From assembly GCF_001194135.2 (NCBI RefSeq), contig NC_068985.1, forward strand, positions 33,388,254-33,452,253: a DNA stretch of 64,000 nt. The letters run 5' to 3'. Below are positions 40,100 through 52,400 of the stretch, one piece after another; the first letter of the stretch is position 1, and each line of letters begins with the position of its first letter. This stretch comes from Octopus bimaculoides. Lineage: Eukaryota. The notes below the pieces were generated by a model. That model did no database searches and was not told the origin of the DNA. It saw nothing but the letters and a program-made list of their open reading frames with translations. The position numbers and the translations under genes are program-made.

Positions 40100-40790
40100 G
40101 ACAGGACACTTGTATTTATGTAAATGTTGTACTTTCACCAGGAGAGATCTTCAGTGATAGTGTAGTTCAGCATTTGAAGTGATTGTGAAAATTCTGCTTC
40201 TGTGAAACTCATTATTAAATGAGGTGGGATGTGATGATGTTTTCTTGATATAAATAACGTTTGTGTTCTCTTGCAGTTAAAAGAGACAAGACTGGCATAT
40301 CTGCATTTAAAGATTCTTTCAGAATTTTGATTTAAAGAATTGGTGCAGGTTAATTGTGTAGTGCACTGGTTGTAAGTAAATTGTGCATGATCAGGGAAGG
40401 TTAGAACAGTAAGTGTCACCCCGTCATCTGTAAAAATGAGTGTTGTTAGTCATGACGGCAAGTAAGTCATTGATGTATATAAGAAAAAGTATGGGGACAA
40501 AACTGAACCCTGAAAACTTTAGAGTTGATAGAATGAGGAACAGAAAGAATTCTATCTGTACATGTCATAATAGTGAAAACTGATAAAAAGCAACCAATGC
40601 AAGAGATGATAGATAGGTGGAGCTCATGGGCAGGCAGTTCCAATAGAAAATCTACATGCTGGACACATTTGCAATTTTTTCTGATGTCAAAATCAACAAC
40701 ATTGCATTGACCAAATTTCTCCAAGTTGAGAGCCCACTGGTAGGTGACATAGGACAGTAGGTCATCATTTGGGATAGATTTATAGAAACT
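40100..40790 (-). pseudogene. CR1/L2/Jockey-group RT remnant
   Basis: Minus strand ...QGSVLSPYFFLIYINDLLAV...(Y)TDD..T, with upstream D..K..CV.H..L. Confidence 0.65.
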
Positions 40791-41764
40791 GTACTGGGGG
40801 AAAAACAGAAATTTAAGGTGTTGGAGGATGTTATTGCAAATGGCTATCTTCATTATCTTAGAAATATTGGAAGTGAATGCAATAGAAAAAAGTCACTAAG
40901 GTCAGAGGGGTTGCTACAAAAGGCAAATCAAGTTATGAAATTTCTTTGGTTCTTCAAAATATTACTTTTGTCATTATTCTTCTGCATTCTGCAATTTTGT
41001 AGCTCTTCATAGATTGCATACCCACACACAGAAGCCTTTCAGTGGTCATGTAATGTATTACTAACACATGATACCTATGTATCATCTCACAACATAATAA
41101 TATCACCCATTGCTACAGTCAACATCAACACACATAAGTTTTGACACATCATAATTCATTACACTACATTACATACATTTCATCAGTATATGTTCAATAA
41201 TTCCAACAGATATTTGAAAACCCTTTTGTTGAAATTTTACATACATTTTCTTTTCAGTCCACAAGGAAGCAATTCCATTACAATTGAACAGGAACAGTGT
41301 AACAATTAGCTAAGTGGCAGATGACGGAAATAATACTATGTCAACTACTGACAAGAGGTATCATATGAATGTATGATGACGTCTATGCCACACCTTACAA
41401 ATGACAGAACAAAGACTCCAAGTACAACAGGATGAGGGAACATGACAGGCTGTTCCAAGAGAATGTGAGCATGCAGATCACAGGATACAAAGATTACTCA
41501 TCAACAAAAAAGAAAAGCTTTCATAATACAAATAACAATAGATGCTTTGAAAAGAAAACAGAGACAAAAGACTCTTCAGGCCCTGTTCAAACATCAGACA
41601 ATCAACAATTTCAAATACAGAATTCAAATAAACAATATGAAAGAGATGGATAAGAAATGTTTTAAATAAGTAAATTGGGGGTGAGGTGGGGAATTACTGT
41701 AGTTAAATAAAAAATTTCCAAGTGCTGCTACAGAAACCCACAGATCTATTTGTGCTCTTATTAT

Positions 41765-42200
41765 AATCCTTTCTGCGATAGGCACAAGGCCTAAAATTTT
41801 AGGAAAGGAGCTAGTCAATTACATTGACCCCACCCCGCAGTGCTCAACTGGTACTTAATTTATTGACCCTGAAAGGATGAAAGGCAAAGTCAACCTCAGC
41901 AGAATTTAAACTTAGAATGTAAAGATGGATGAAATGCTGCTAAATATTTTGTCTGGCATGCTAATGATTCTACCAGCTTTATGCTTTTACAATAATAATA
42001 ATAATCCTTTCTATTATAGGAACAAGGCCTGAAATTTTGTGAGAGGCACAAGCTGATTACATCAATCCCAGTGCTCAACTGGTACTTATTTTAACGACCC
42101 TGAAAGGATGAAAGGGAAAGTTGATCTGAATAGAATTTGAAATCAGAATGTAAGGATGGCCAAAATGCCACGAAGTATTTTTTCTGACATGCTAATAATT
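41765..42200 (-). mobile_element. Two tandem Meta-like SINE copies
   Basis: Two head-to-tail units joined by (AAT)n at about 41990-42005. Confidence 0.85.
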
Positions 42201-43479
42201 CTATTGTGATGAACAGGAATTACTAACAATTGTTCCCCCTCCATCTCCTCAACTTAGACAATTCTTAATTTCAGTTAATAACAAACATGTCAAATTCAGA
42301 TTTAATATCAGGACTTATAATAACTCAGTTTTAGCTTTCACAATACCAAATGTCACAGGCACTAAAGGATATAATCTCAATAGATTAGGGTTGTGTGAAC
42401 ATACAATACCTGGTTGAGTCTTGCATTGAAAACCTTCACATTTAATCGTAATCCACCAATCAGAAATTATAATTTATTGAACCATGCATTTATGATACAG
42501 CACATCAACAGGATCCACAAATAGTAATACATAGGACACAAGCTATGATAACAATTTGTGACTTTATTTTACTAAACACCCAAAAAGATACTAAAATTTT
42601 TTAACACTTAAAATTTCTCAATGATTATTCATGAACAAAATCACAATTTCAGGTACAATAGCTGATAGAATCAATCAACTGTAGAAGTTGCAGTTGTATG
42701 TTCCAAGAGAGTCTTCCCTTGAAAATATCAATTTTCGATGTTGACAGATCATGACTCACTGAAATTTTCATAGAAATTTCAACAGAAATTTCAGATAGAA
42801 ACTTGGTTTAACATTTGACATTGAAGGTTAAAGTTATAAAATAAAATGAATGAATAGCCACAGATACTGGCTTGTGATTCTTTAAGATGATTCCCATTTA
42901 CATTTTTATTCAGATAATTTAGCTTAAGAATACAACTGCAATATGTATACTAAAATTCAAGAATCAAGGTTATATTGGGTTAGATATCATCACAAAAAAA
43001 AAAAAAAAATCAGAGTTGAAAGATATCAAGATATTCACTGATATCAGAAGTAGCTTGGAGGATGTTTGGGCTTAAATTTCACAGTTCATAGCCCCCAGTC
43101 CAACAGCTTACAGTTCATTTATCCTAATAGCAATACATTTACTTCAATGAAGACAATGACATTCAATACATTATTCACAGGAATGACATTATCTACATCC
43201 ACTCTAACTGAATGAATGCTATTTACCAAGATTCACTCAATTTCACAAGTATTTTACATCTTACATACATATAATCAATATATGCCTTGATACACAAAAA
43301 CCAATCATCATCATATCAATAATTAATGAAAACCAATATCAGTGTTTATATGTATAAATGCACATACACACAAACACATACCTGCATACATGCAAATGCA
43401 CATATGTGCATGTGGTGTTTGTGTGCATGTATGTGCATAGATTGATAGATATAAGCATGCATGTATGTATATATGTGCA

Positions 43480-46300
43480 TATACATGTGTGTGTGTATGG
43501 TGGTGGAACAATACTCTAGACAGGGCCATTAGGGCAAAGAAACAGACCTGTAAGGCCTGGAAGAATGGGGGTAGCAGGGGACTGTATCAGTTAACCAGAA
43601 GGGAAGCTAGGAGACAGGTATATATAGCCAAGGGAGTAGCAGAAAAGAAGTTTGCTAATGTTCAGAGATGTGAGGACCAAAGAACTGAAGTATTTCGGAT
43701 TGCAAGACAGTGGAGAGAAATGTGTCTGCATGGATGATGGTGCCCTTGCATTTAATGATTCTACAAAGAAAGAGGCTTGGAGATGCCATTATGAAAGACT
43801 GCTGAATGTGGAGAATGAATGGGAGAAGGAGAGTCTGTCAAAGGTTGACCCAACTGAGAGACCAGCCACCCGAATTGACAGTACCCTGGTAGATAAAACA
43901 ATTAAGTATATGAAGACAGAGAAAGCCCCTGGCCCATCAGGAATCACTACTGAGATGCTTGAAATATCAGGCAGTGGGGGTTATGGTCTTGTCACCTGCA
44001 TCGTAAATCAAGTAGTTCATAAAGGAGTCATATCCAATGACTGGTGTAGTGACACCTTAGTCAACTGCTATAAGGGTAAAGGTGATGCTTTAGATAGAAA
44101 TAACTATAAGGGTATCAAATTATTGGATCAGGTGATGAAAGTTACAGAGAGGGTCATAGCCCAACTAATTAGAGAGAGAGTTNNNNNNNNNNGAGGGTCA
44201 TAGCCCAACTAATTAGAGAGAGAGTTAGCCTAGATGAGATGCAGTTTCGTTTTGTGCCAGGTAGAAGCATCACTGATGCTATATTTCTGGTAAGGCAACT
44301 GCAGAGAAATATCTAACCAAAGATAAACCTCTGTACTTGGCTTTCATTGACTTGGAGGAAGCCTTTGACAAAGTCCCCTGATCCCTTATCGGGTGGTCAA
44401 TGCGGAAACTAGGGATAGATAAGTGGTTGGTAAGAGCTGTACAAGCCCTGTACAGGGATGCTGTCAGTAAGGTGAGGGTTGGAAATGAGTATAGTGAAGA
44501 ATTGTGGGTAGAAGTAGGTGTTCACCAAGTATCAGTCCTCATCCCCCTCTTATTCATCATAGTCCTCCAGGCAATAACAGAGGAATTCAAGACAGACTTC
44601 CTCTGAACAGACTTCCATAGACTTCCTCTATGCTGATGACCTTGCTCTAATAACCGAGTCTCTACCAGCACTAGAGACAAAGTGTAGGGTGTGGATCAAG
44701 GTCTAGAATCGGAGGGCCTTAGGGTTAACCTAGCAAAAACCAAAATCTTAGTAAGTAGGAAGGCTGACAAATCACAAACCCCTTCAGGTAGATAGCCCTG
44801 CTCCATCTGTAGAAAAGGCATAGGTAGAAACTCCATACGATGTACCCAGTGTAAGCTATGGATACATAAGATGTGCAGCAATATCAAAGGAAGGTTAAGC
44901 AAGAAAATAGTCTTTGTGTGTGGCAGATGCACAGGGGCAATAAATACTGAAGATGTACAGACTACAGATTCCATCACATGCTGGGAGAAAAACTAGAAGT
45001 AATTGATAGTTTCCGCTACTTCGGCGACGAAGTCTGTAGTGGAGGTGGTTGCTTTGAGAGTATGGTGGCTAGAATAAAAATAGCCTGGGCAAAGTTTAGA
45101 GAGTTCCTATCTCTGCTGGCAACTAGGGGCCTCTCGCTCAGGATGAAAGGTAGACTGTATAATGCATGTGTGTGAACTGCCATGCTACATGGCAGTTAAA
45201 CATGGGCCATGACTGCTGAGGACATACATAGGCTTGAAAGAAATGAAGCTAGTATGATCCACTGGATGTGTAATGTCAGTGTGTATACATGGGAGTGTGA
45301 GCACCCTGAGAGAAAAGTTGGACATAAGAAGCATCAAATTTGGTGTGCGAGAGAGATGACTGTGCTGGGATGATCATGCGTTAAATATGGATGAGGACAG
45401 CTGTGAGAGGAAGTGCCACACTTTAACTGTGGAAGGAACCTGTGGAAGAGATAGACCAATAAGACATAGGATGAGGTGGTGAAGCATGACCTTTGAACGT
45501 TGGGCCTCACAGAGGCAATGACAGGAGACCGAGTCCTTTGGAGATATGCTGTGATTGAGAAGACCTGCAACTAAAGTGAGATCACAGCCATGGCCAATGT
45601 CAATGTTGCATATCTGGCTCATTTAAAAGTACCCTTGATTCATTGGGCAATATGATATGCTTGAGAAGACCTGTTGAGTCAAGTAAAACCAAAATCATAG
45701 CTGTGGCCAGTGCCAACTGACTGGCTCCCATTTCGGTGGCACATAAAATGCATCTCCAAATGTGGTCGATGCCAGTGCCCCCTAACTGGCTCTCGTGCCA
45801 GTGGCACATAAAAAGCACCATCCAAACGTGGTTGATGCCAGGTTCACCTGACTGGCTCCTGTGCCAGTGGCACATAAAAAGCACCATCTGAATGTGGCCA
45901 ATGCCAGTGCCCCCTTACTGGCTCCTGTGCTAGTGACACGTAAAAAGCACTATCCGAACATGATCGATACCAGGACCACTTGACTGGCTCTTGTGCCAGT
46001 GGCATGTAAAAAGCACCATCCAAACATGGCTGATGCCAGTGCCCCCTGACTAGCTCCCATGTCGGTGGCACATTAAAAGCACTATCTGAACATGATTGAT
46101 GCCAGGCCCACCTGACTGGCTCCTGTGCTGGTGGCATATAAAAAGCACCCGCTACACTCTTGGAGTGGTTGGTGTTAGGAAGGGCATCCAGCTGTAGAAA
46201 CATTGCCAGATCAGACTGGAGCCTGGTGGGACCGCTGGCTTTCCAGACCTCAGTCAAACCGTCCACCCCATGCCAGCATGGAAAACGGACGTTAAACAGT
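43480..46300 (+). mobile_element. 5'-truncated RTE LINE (RT with embedded PHD finger) plus 66-bp repeat 3' tail
   Basis: KAPGPSGIT.EML; NYKGIKLLDQVMKV.ER; DL.EAFD; GVHQ.SVL.PLLF; YADDL; PCSICRKG...CTQCKLWIHKMC...CGRC; AWAKFRE. Multiple stops and frameshifts. Confidence 0.93.
45721..46150 (+). repeat. Seven-unit 66-bp tandem array with alternating A/B (132-bp) higher-order structure
   Basis: ctggctc unit starts at 45721, 45786, 45852, 45918, 45984, 46050 and 46116. Unit ends alternate between gccagtgcccc and (g/a)ccagg..cac. Confidence 0.9.
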
Positions 46301-46318
46301 GATGTTGATATATATATA

Positions 46319-46349
<31 letters not shown>

Positions 46350-46359
46350 CATCATCATC

Positions 46360-46720
46360 ATCATCATCATTATCGTTTAACGTCCGCTTTCCATGCTAGC
46401 ATGGGTTGGACGATTTGACTGAGGACTGGTGAAACCGGATGGCTACACCAGGCTCCAATCTAATTTGGCAGAGTTTCTACAGCTGGATGCCCTTCCTAAT
46501 GCCAACCACTCAGAGAGTGTAGTGGGTGCTTTTACGTGTCACCCACACGAAAAGGGCCACGCTCAAAATGGTGTCTTTTATGTGCCACCCGCACAAGAGC
46601 CAGTCCAGGGGCACTGGCAACGATCTCGCTCAAAAACCCTACAAGGCCAGTCAGGCGGTACTGGCAACGGTCATGCTCAGGATGGTACATCTTATGTGCC
46701 ACCCGCACAAGAGCCATATA
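46360..46720 (-). mobile_element. RTE 3' tail in inverted orientation, tail-to-tail with the preceding element
   Basis: Reverse complement of ggagtggttggcattaggaagggcatccagctgtagaaac...ggacgttaaacgat. Confidence 0.88.
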
Positions 46721-46881
46721 TATATATATAAACATAATTCAGGGATCAGCAACAGTTTCTTCACCACATACCGAAGTTCAGAAATAGCAGCTAAAGTGCT
46801 AAAACTCCAACAGATAGTAGTACTTGTAACTCACAAAGGCAAAACAAGAAGAAAAACAACGAAATTAACCAGTCTTAGTTA

Positions 46882-46941
46882 ATCATAGACGCGTTTCTGG
46901 ATCAGAATGGTAAAAACCTTCATTTCTGTCATCAGAATGAT
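46882..46941 (-). ncRNA. Type I hammerhead ribozyme motif with perfect ACGCGU palindromic stem III
   Basis: Minus strand ATCATT-CTGATGA-CAGAAATG..CATTCTG-ATCCA-GAAA-CGCG-TC|TATGAT. GUC triplet, a U.U first pair in stem I and 5 unpaired nt before GAAA. Confidence 0.6.
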
Positions 46942-47879
46942 ATTCTAGTTGCAGGTTTGAAGATGCAGGCAACTATGCATGCTCACACACAAACAGATAG
47001 ACAGACATATATATAAATATACATATACATATGCACACACACACACACATGTGCACACAAAAAAACATACACATATATGTATCTGTATCCTCCCTCTTCT
47101 CCTCCTCCTCATCATCATCTTCATTGTCCTTTTTCATCCAAGCAATCATCCCATTGCTTGACTGTTCTTTTTAAAGCAGCATGACTAGATGCAGCTCCCC
47201 AGCTTACCAGTTCCAGTCAAACCGTCTAACCCATTACAGCATGGAAAGCAGACGCTAAATGATGATAATGATGAGGATGATATATAAATACACACATACT
47301 TATACGTACACACATACGCACATATGTGTGTGTACGTAAGTTATCTATAAATCAGAAAAAAAATGCACTCATATATTTGTCAAAAGAGTGGGTATATTAT
47401 CTGAAGTTTACAGTATCATATATCCATTACGGCTGATCTTACCAATCGGTTTCGCACTAGGGATTTAACAGAGTATTAGGTAATAATCTGATTATCGTGG
47501 CACTCCGTCGGTTATGATGACAAAGGTTCTAGTTGATCCGATCAATGGAACAGCCTGCCTGTGAAATCAACGTGCAAGTGGCTGAGCACTCCACAGACAC
47601 GTGTACCCATAATGTAGTTCTCGAGGAGAATATTTGAAAAAAGATTTCCTTAAATTAAAAATTATCTATTATAGAAAAATGTCTTAAAAACAGACAAATC
47701 TTTTGAAATCTTTTATCACAAATGATATAAATCCTTTGAAATGAAACATTTGTACTATGTAAGGATTTTTGTTGTTTACAGCTTTTCAAACACAACTACT
47801 ATGAGGTAATCCGTATAGAAGGAGTTTCTTTTAGTAGCAGTGTTGATTATTTACAGTTTAGTTTTGAATTTAGGATTCT

Positions 47880-48520
47880 TCTAAAGTATTCTTATTTTGT
47901 CTTTATCATAGTTGATTATTTTCTTCCTTTATTTTGAAGAAAGGAAATATTTTGAATTTTCCATTAGCACATGTTCATTGCATGGAACATTTCTAAGAGA
48001 TGAATCTTTGACTTGTTGCTTATGTACCCTAACCAGATCTATTAGTTTTAATCCAGTTTGCATTGGAAGATATTGTTTGGCCAAATGTAAGATGTGGTTT
48101 CTAGGATTATGATTGACTATGAATAGAATAATTCTCATTGCATCATGAGTATGCGATACAGTAAATGAGATTATTTTGCTTTGCAATTCATATTTGCATA
48201 GATTTTCAATTCTTTCCCATTCTTGAATATTGTTTTACCCTGTTCAATCATTTCATAGTTCCTACAACTAAATTCTCTGTAATTTGTCACCTGCATGATT
48301 TCTGATATGAATTTCATCTTTGTTAAGAGCTTTTCAAGACTTGGTGGTTGTCTTCAGCTGTTAATAATTTGTGATTCTTTAATTATTATTTTGAGATTGG
48401 TGTGGGATTGGAAGATATAGTTTGGTCAAATGTAAAATGTGGTTTCTAGGATTATGGCTGACTACGAATGGAATATTTATATTTGTGTTTTTGTCTTTGA
48501 CCTTATTGTGAATGTTTCTT
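47880..48520 (-). pseudogene. Rearranged Penelope-like linker plus GIY-YIG remnant
   Basis: IPFVVSHNPRNHILHL..YLP appears twice (about 48065-48125 and 48410-48475). QTGLKLIDLVRVHKQQVKDSSLRNVPCNEH. Confidence 0.65.
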
Positions 48521-50624
48521 GTGAGACAGAGATTGGGATTATTTTTACCTTTACTATTTATTTCTTTTTTGTATTTTTATTTCTAAAGGAATATATTTAA
48601 TTCTACCAGTCATATTTTTTTTTCATTTGTGTCCATTACTATTAAATGTAAACATCTTGCCAAACAACCCATGGATTCAGGTTACAAGTGATTTATCTGG
48701 ACAAACCACCTATACCTGGATACATTTCAGCTAACAATAGTTCTCTACATTTATGGGCCATGAGGGCATAATAAATGACATAATGATAACTCAAAGAACT
48801 TTACCAAATAATACTTTCCAGTTAGACATGGACTGGGCCTATACTAGCCAAAATGTGTTTATCTGAGCTTATATATATACTAAAGAGTATGGAGACTTGT
48901 ACATCCACAAAATTTATTTTATAGTTATATACAGCATATTATAATGATCTACACGTGTTTCTGCTGCAGCGACTACTCAGTGTTGCAAATGCAACCTTGC
49001 AACATTATCAGTTTGTCACTGAGTGACTAACAACTAAATGTAGTCCCTGACGTCAGATACTGATTGTTGTGGTTAGCTGTTAACTGAAACTTAACTGAGA
49101 GCTAATATGATATCAGCCCAGATAATATAGACACAACAAATTGTATGTATGTATGTATGTATGTATGTATGTATGTATGTATGTATGTATGTGTGTGTGT
49201 ATGTATGTATGTATGTATGTATGTATGTATGTGTGTGTGTATGTATGTNNNNNNNNNNNNNNNNNNNNNNNNNNNNNNNNNNNNNNNNNNNNNNNNNNNN
49301 NNNNNNNNNNNNNNNNNNNNNNNNNNNNNNNNNNNNNNNNNNNNNNNNNNNNNNNNNNNNNNNNNNNNNNNNNNNNNNNNNNNNNNNNNNNNNNNNNNNN
49401 NNNNNNNNNNNNNNNNNNNNNNNNNNNNNNNNNNNNNNNNNNNNNNNNNNNNNNNNNNNNNNNNNNNNNNNNNNNNNNNNNNNNNNNNNNNNNNNNNNNN
49501 NNNNNNNNNNNNNNNNNNNNNNNNNNNNNNNNNNNNNNNNNNNNNNNNNNNNNNNNNNNNNNNNNNNNNNNNNNNNNNNNNNNNNNNNNNNNNNNNNNNN
49601 NNNNNNNNNNNNNNNNNNNNNNNNNNNNNNNNNNNNNNNNNNNNNNNNNNNNNNNNNNNNNNNNNNNNNNNNNNNNNNNNNNNNNNNNNNNNNNNNNNNN
49701 NNNNNNNNNNNNNNNNNNNNNNNNNNNNNNNNNNNNNNNNNNNNNNNNNNNNNNNNNNNNNNNNNNNNNNNNNNNNNNNNNNNNNNNNNNNNNNNNNNNN
49801 NNNATATATATATACGTGTGTGTTCATACGAATGTATGTATGAATAAATGAATGTATATGTGTATGTGTGTGTGTGTATGTATGCATGTATGTATGTATG
49901 TATGTGTGTATGTCCTGAGTATAACTTTAAACTGCATCTGATGGTTCAGAAGTTTCTGAGCTTTGAAGAGTGTGGAACCACTACATAGCCACTATTGTTC
50001 CCAGGTCTATTCTAACCCAAAGTAGTTGTACCTGTCAGGATCCTAGCTGTGAGTCAACCAGCATATGTAATGACAATCGATCTGAATGCAGGGACACAGA
50101 AATCCTTTTTGTTCATATCAGGGTGTGCAGCATACAACATCTTTCTAGAAGTACAACACTGATGTAAAGCCTGTAGTTTCACATGATTATTGGTCATCTT
50201 GCTTCAGCCAGTCACTAGGTACTAATGAGGGAAACTCAGAGAGTGGTGTTCATATTGTACATGCATTTATCACTGTAATCCAATAATGTACAGATGTCTC
50301 TTTATGATGACCTCATTTGTCATCTCATCTACTGGGAATCTTATGGCAATGGAATAGTGGTGAAGTGTGCTGACAACCAGTTTGAAGTGCGCAGTAACTC
50401 ACAACTTTCATCGGTCACTAAAGCCACAAACCATGCTGTGAGATTGAATAATCATCTAAAAGGTTATGGACAAAAATCAAAAAATGCCATGGACAAGTAA
50501 GAAGGACAAGGAAATAGCAGTCATGTGTGAAGATGGAACAACCATCACGTATGTATATATATGTATTTTTGAATGTGTGTGTGCATGTATGCATGTATGT
50601 ATGTATGTGTGTATGTATGTATGT

Positions 50625-51335
50625 CATTGTTCAGTTTTGCCAATAGAGAAAGAGCCAGTTTCTAACCTAGATTCAAGGCTCCTTCATTGGAATTTCAATA
50701 TTAACAACAGGGTACTTTTGTATGTATGTATGTATGTATGTATGTATGTATGTATGTATGTATGTATGTGTGTGTGCAGATTTGTTTTGCTTTATGTATG
50801 TATTCTCATGCATATAGTTGTATATCTAAACATGCTCATACATATTTAAATGATAAATTTCTGGAAAGTTTTAAAAATTTTTACAGTTCCAGTGATGGAT
50901 TGGATCTGTAGTCTTCAAATTAACTTTCTCCTTTCTGGTTTTAAGAAGCCTAATTTCTCAAGATTGGTATTTAGGCAATGTGTTACATATCTAAAGGCCC
51001 CAATAATTACAGGTATAAACCTGAACTTGTAATCTGGATAGAGTAACTGCAGATTTCTCAATAGTTCAGCATAGGTTTTCTCTTTTTCACTGATCTTCAG
51101 CTTTATGTTAACATCTGCTGGACAGCTAATTTCCACAACTGTACACAGTTTCTCTTCTCTATCCCAAATCATTATATCAGGTCTGTTGTGCTTAGATTTT
51201 ACTGAGGTCTTCACTGGGATATTATTCCACCAGTATTCCTTTTTATCATGAGTGACTATGGCTTCTACCATACTGTGGGTTCTTATTTCTTTCTCCTCGG
51301 GGTTATCCTTCCAACGGATTTCCTTATAGTGTGCT
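50625..51335 (-). mobile_element. R4-like RLE LINE 3' fragment in (TACA)n, copy 1
   Basis: EYWWNNIPVKT...KHNRPDIMIWDREEKLCTVVEISCPADVNIKLKISEKEKTYAEL...FIPVIIGA. Confidence 0.85.
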
Positions 51336-51380
51336 AGTTTATGTATGTATGTATGTATGTATGTATGTATGTATGTATGT

Positions 51381-52066
51381 CATTATTCAGTTTTATTTCA
51401 AAATTTCTTGCCAATAGAGAAAGAGCCGGTTTCTAACCAAGACCCAAGGCTCCTTCATTGAAAATTCAACATCAACAGGGTATTTTTGTATGTATATATA
51501 TATGTGCAGATTTGTATGTTTTGCTTTATGTATGTATGCATTCTCATGCATATAGTTGCATATCTTGACATGCTCATATATATTTAAATAATAAACTTCT
51601 GGAAACTAATTCAGATTTATACAGTTCCAGTGATGGATTGGATCTGTAGTGTTTGAATCAGCTTTCTCTTTCTGGTTTTGAGAAGCCTAATTTCTCAAGA
51701 TTGTTATTTAGGCACTGTGTTACATATCCCAGTGCCCCAATAATTACAGGTATAAACCTGAACTTGTAATCTGGATAGAGTAACTGCAGATTTCTTGATA
51801 GTTCAGCATAGGTATTCTCTTTTTCACTGATCTGTAGCTTTATGTTAACATCTGCTGGGCAGCTGATTTCCACAATTGTACACTGTTTCTCTTCTCTATC
51901 CCAAATCATTATATCAGGTCTACTGTCTTTACATTTCATTGAGGTTTTCACTGGGACATTCCACCAATACTCCATTTTATTATGAGTGGCTATGGCTTCC
52001 ACCATACTGTGGGTTCTTATTTCTTTGTCCTCGAGATTATCTTTCCAACAGATCTTGTTATACAGT
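51381..52066 (-). mobile_element. R4-like RLE LINE 3' fragment in (TACA)n, copy 2
   Basis: SRPDIMIWDREEKQCTIVEISCPAD...EKENTYAEL...IPVIIGALG. Same ends as copy 1, roughly 10% diverged by eye. Confidence 0.85.
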
Positions 52067-52119
52067 GTGTATGTATGTATGTATGTATGTATGTATGTAT
52101 GTATGCATGTATGTGTGTG

Positions 52120-52400
52120 TGAAGGCATGTGGCTTAGTGGTTAGGGTATTCAACTCACGATTGTAAGGTCAAGAGTTCAATTTCCAGTGGTGTGTTGTGT
52201 CCTTGTGCAAGACACTTTATTTCTTGTTGCTCCAGTCCACTCAGCTGGCAAAATTATTTGTGTCTATAATTCAAAGAGCCAGCCTTGTCACACTCTGTGT
52301 CATGCTGAATCCTTCTGAGAACTACGCTAAAGGTGTGTATGTCTTAATTTCATGAGCATGTTGTCCAGTTGATCATGTCAACTGGAGCACTTGTTGTCAT
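52120..52400 (+). mobile_element. tRNA-derived SINE (head B, tail X)
   Basis: TGGCTTAGTGGTT A box, GAGTTCAATTTCC B box, gtccttgtgcaagacactttatttc...cagtccactcagctggcaaaa, then the tcaaagagccagccttgtcacact tail. Confidence 0.75.

Noticed and set aside
44140-44225. Direct duplication gagggtcatagcccaactaattagagagagagtt
   Set aside because: It straddles a 10-N gap, so it is a contig-overlap artefact.
45721-46150. CRISPR-like look of conserved hairpin repeats with variable intervening sequence (also 5270-5510, 31500-31830, 61100-61380, 63150-63450)
   Set aside because: The spacers are homologous to each other, there are no cas genes, and the array is the 3' UTR of a eukaryotic RTE LINE. The His/Trp-rich ORFs over it are artefacts of the 66-bp period.
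46415-46445. CTGAGGA-ctggt-GAAA on the antisense of the RTE tail
   Set aside because: No stem II can form, and the GAAA is not conserved in other tail copies (ctggcgagcc, ctggcaagcc).
48325-48360. CTGAAGA...GAAA on the minus strand
   Set aside because: It lies within the PLE coding linker, and the stems overlap the core.
49920-50560. Possible Gypsy integrase remnant
   Set aside because: Only faint motif resemblance (C..CQ, PQ..G...N..LK) across several frames, which is insufficient without a search.
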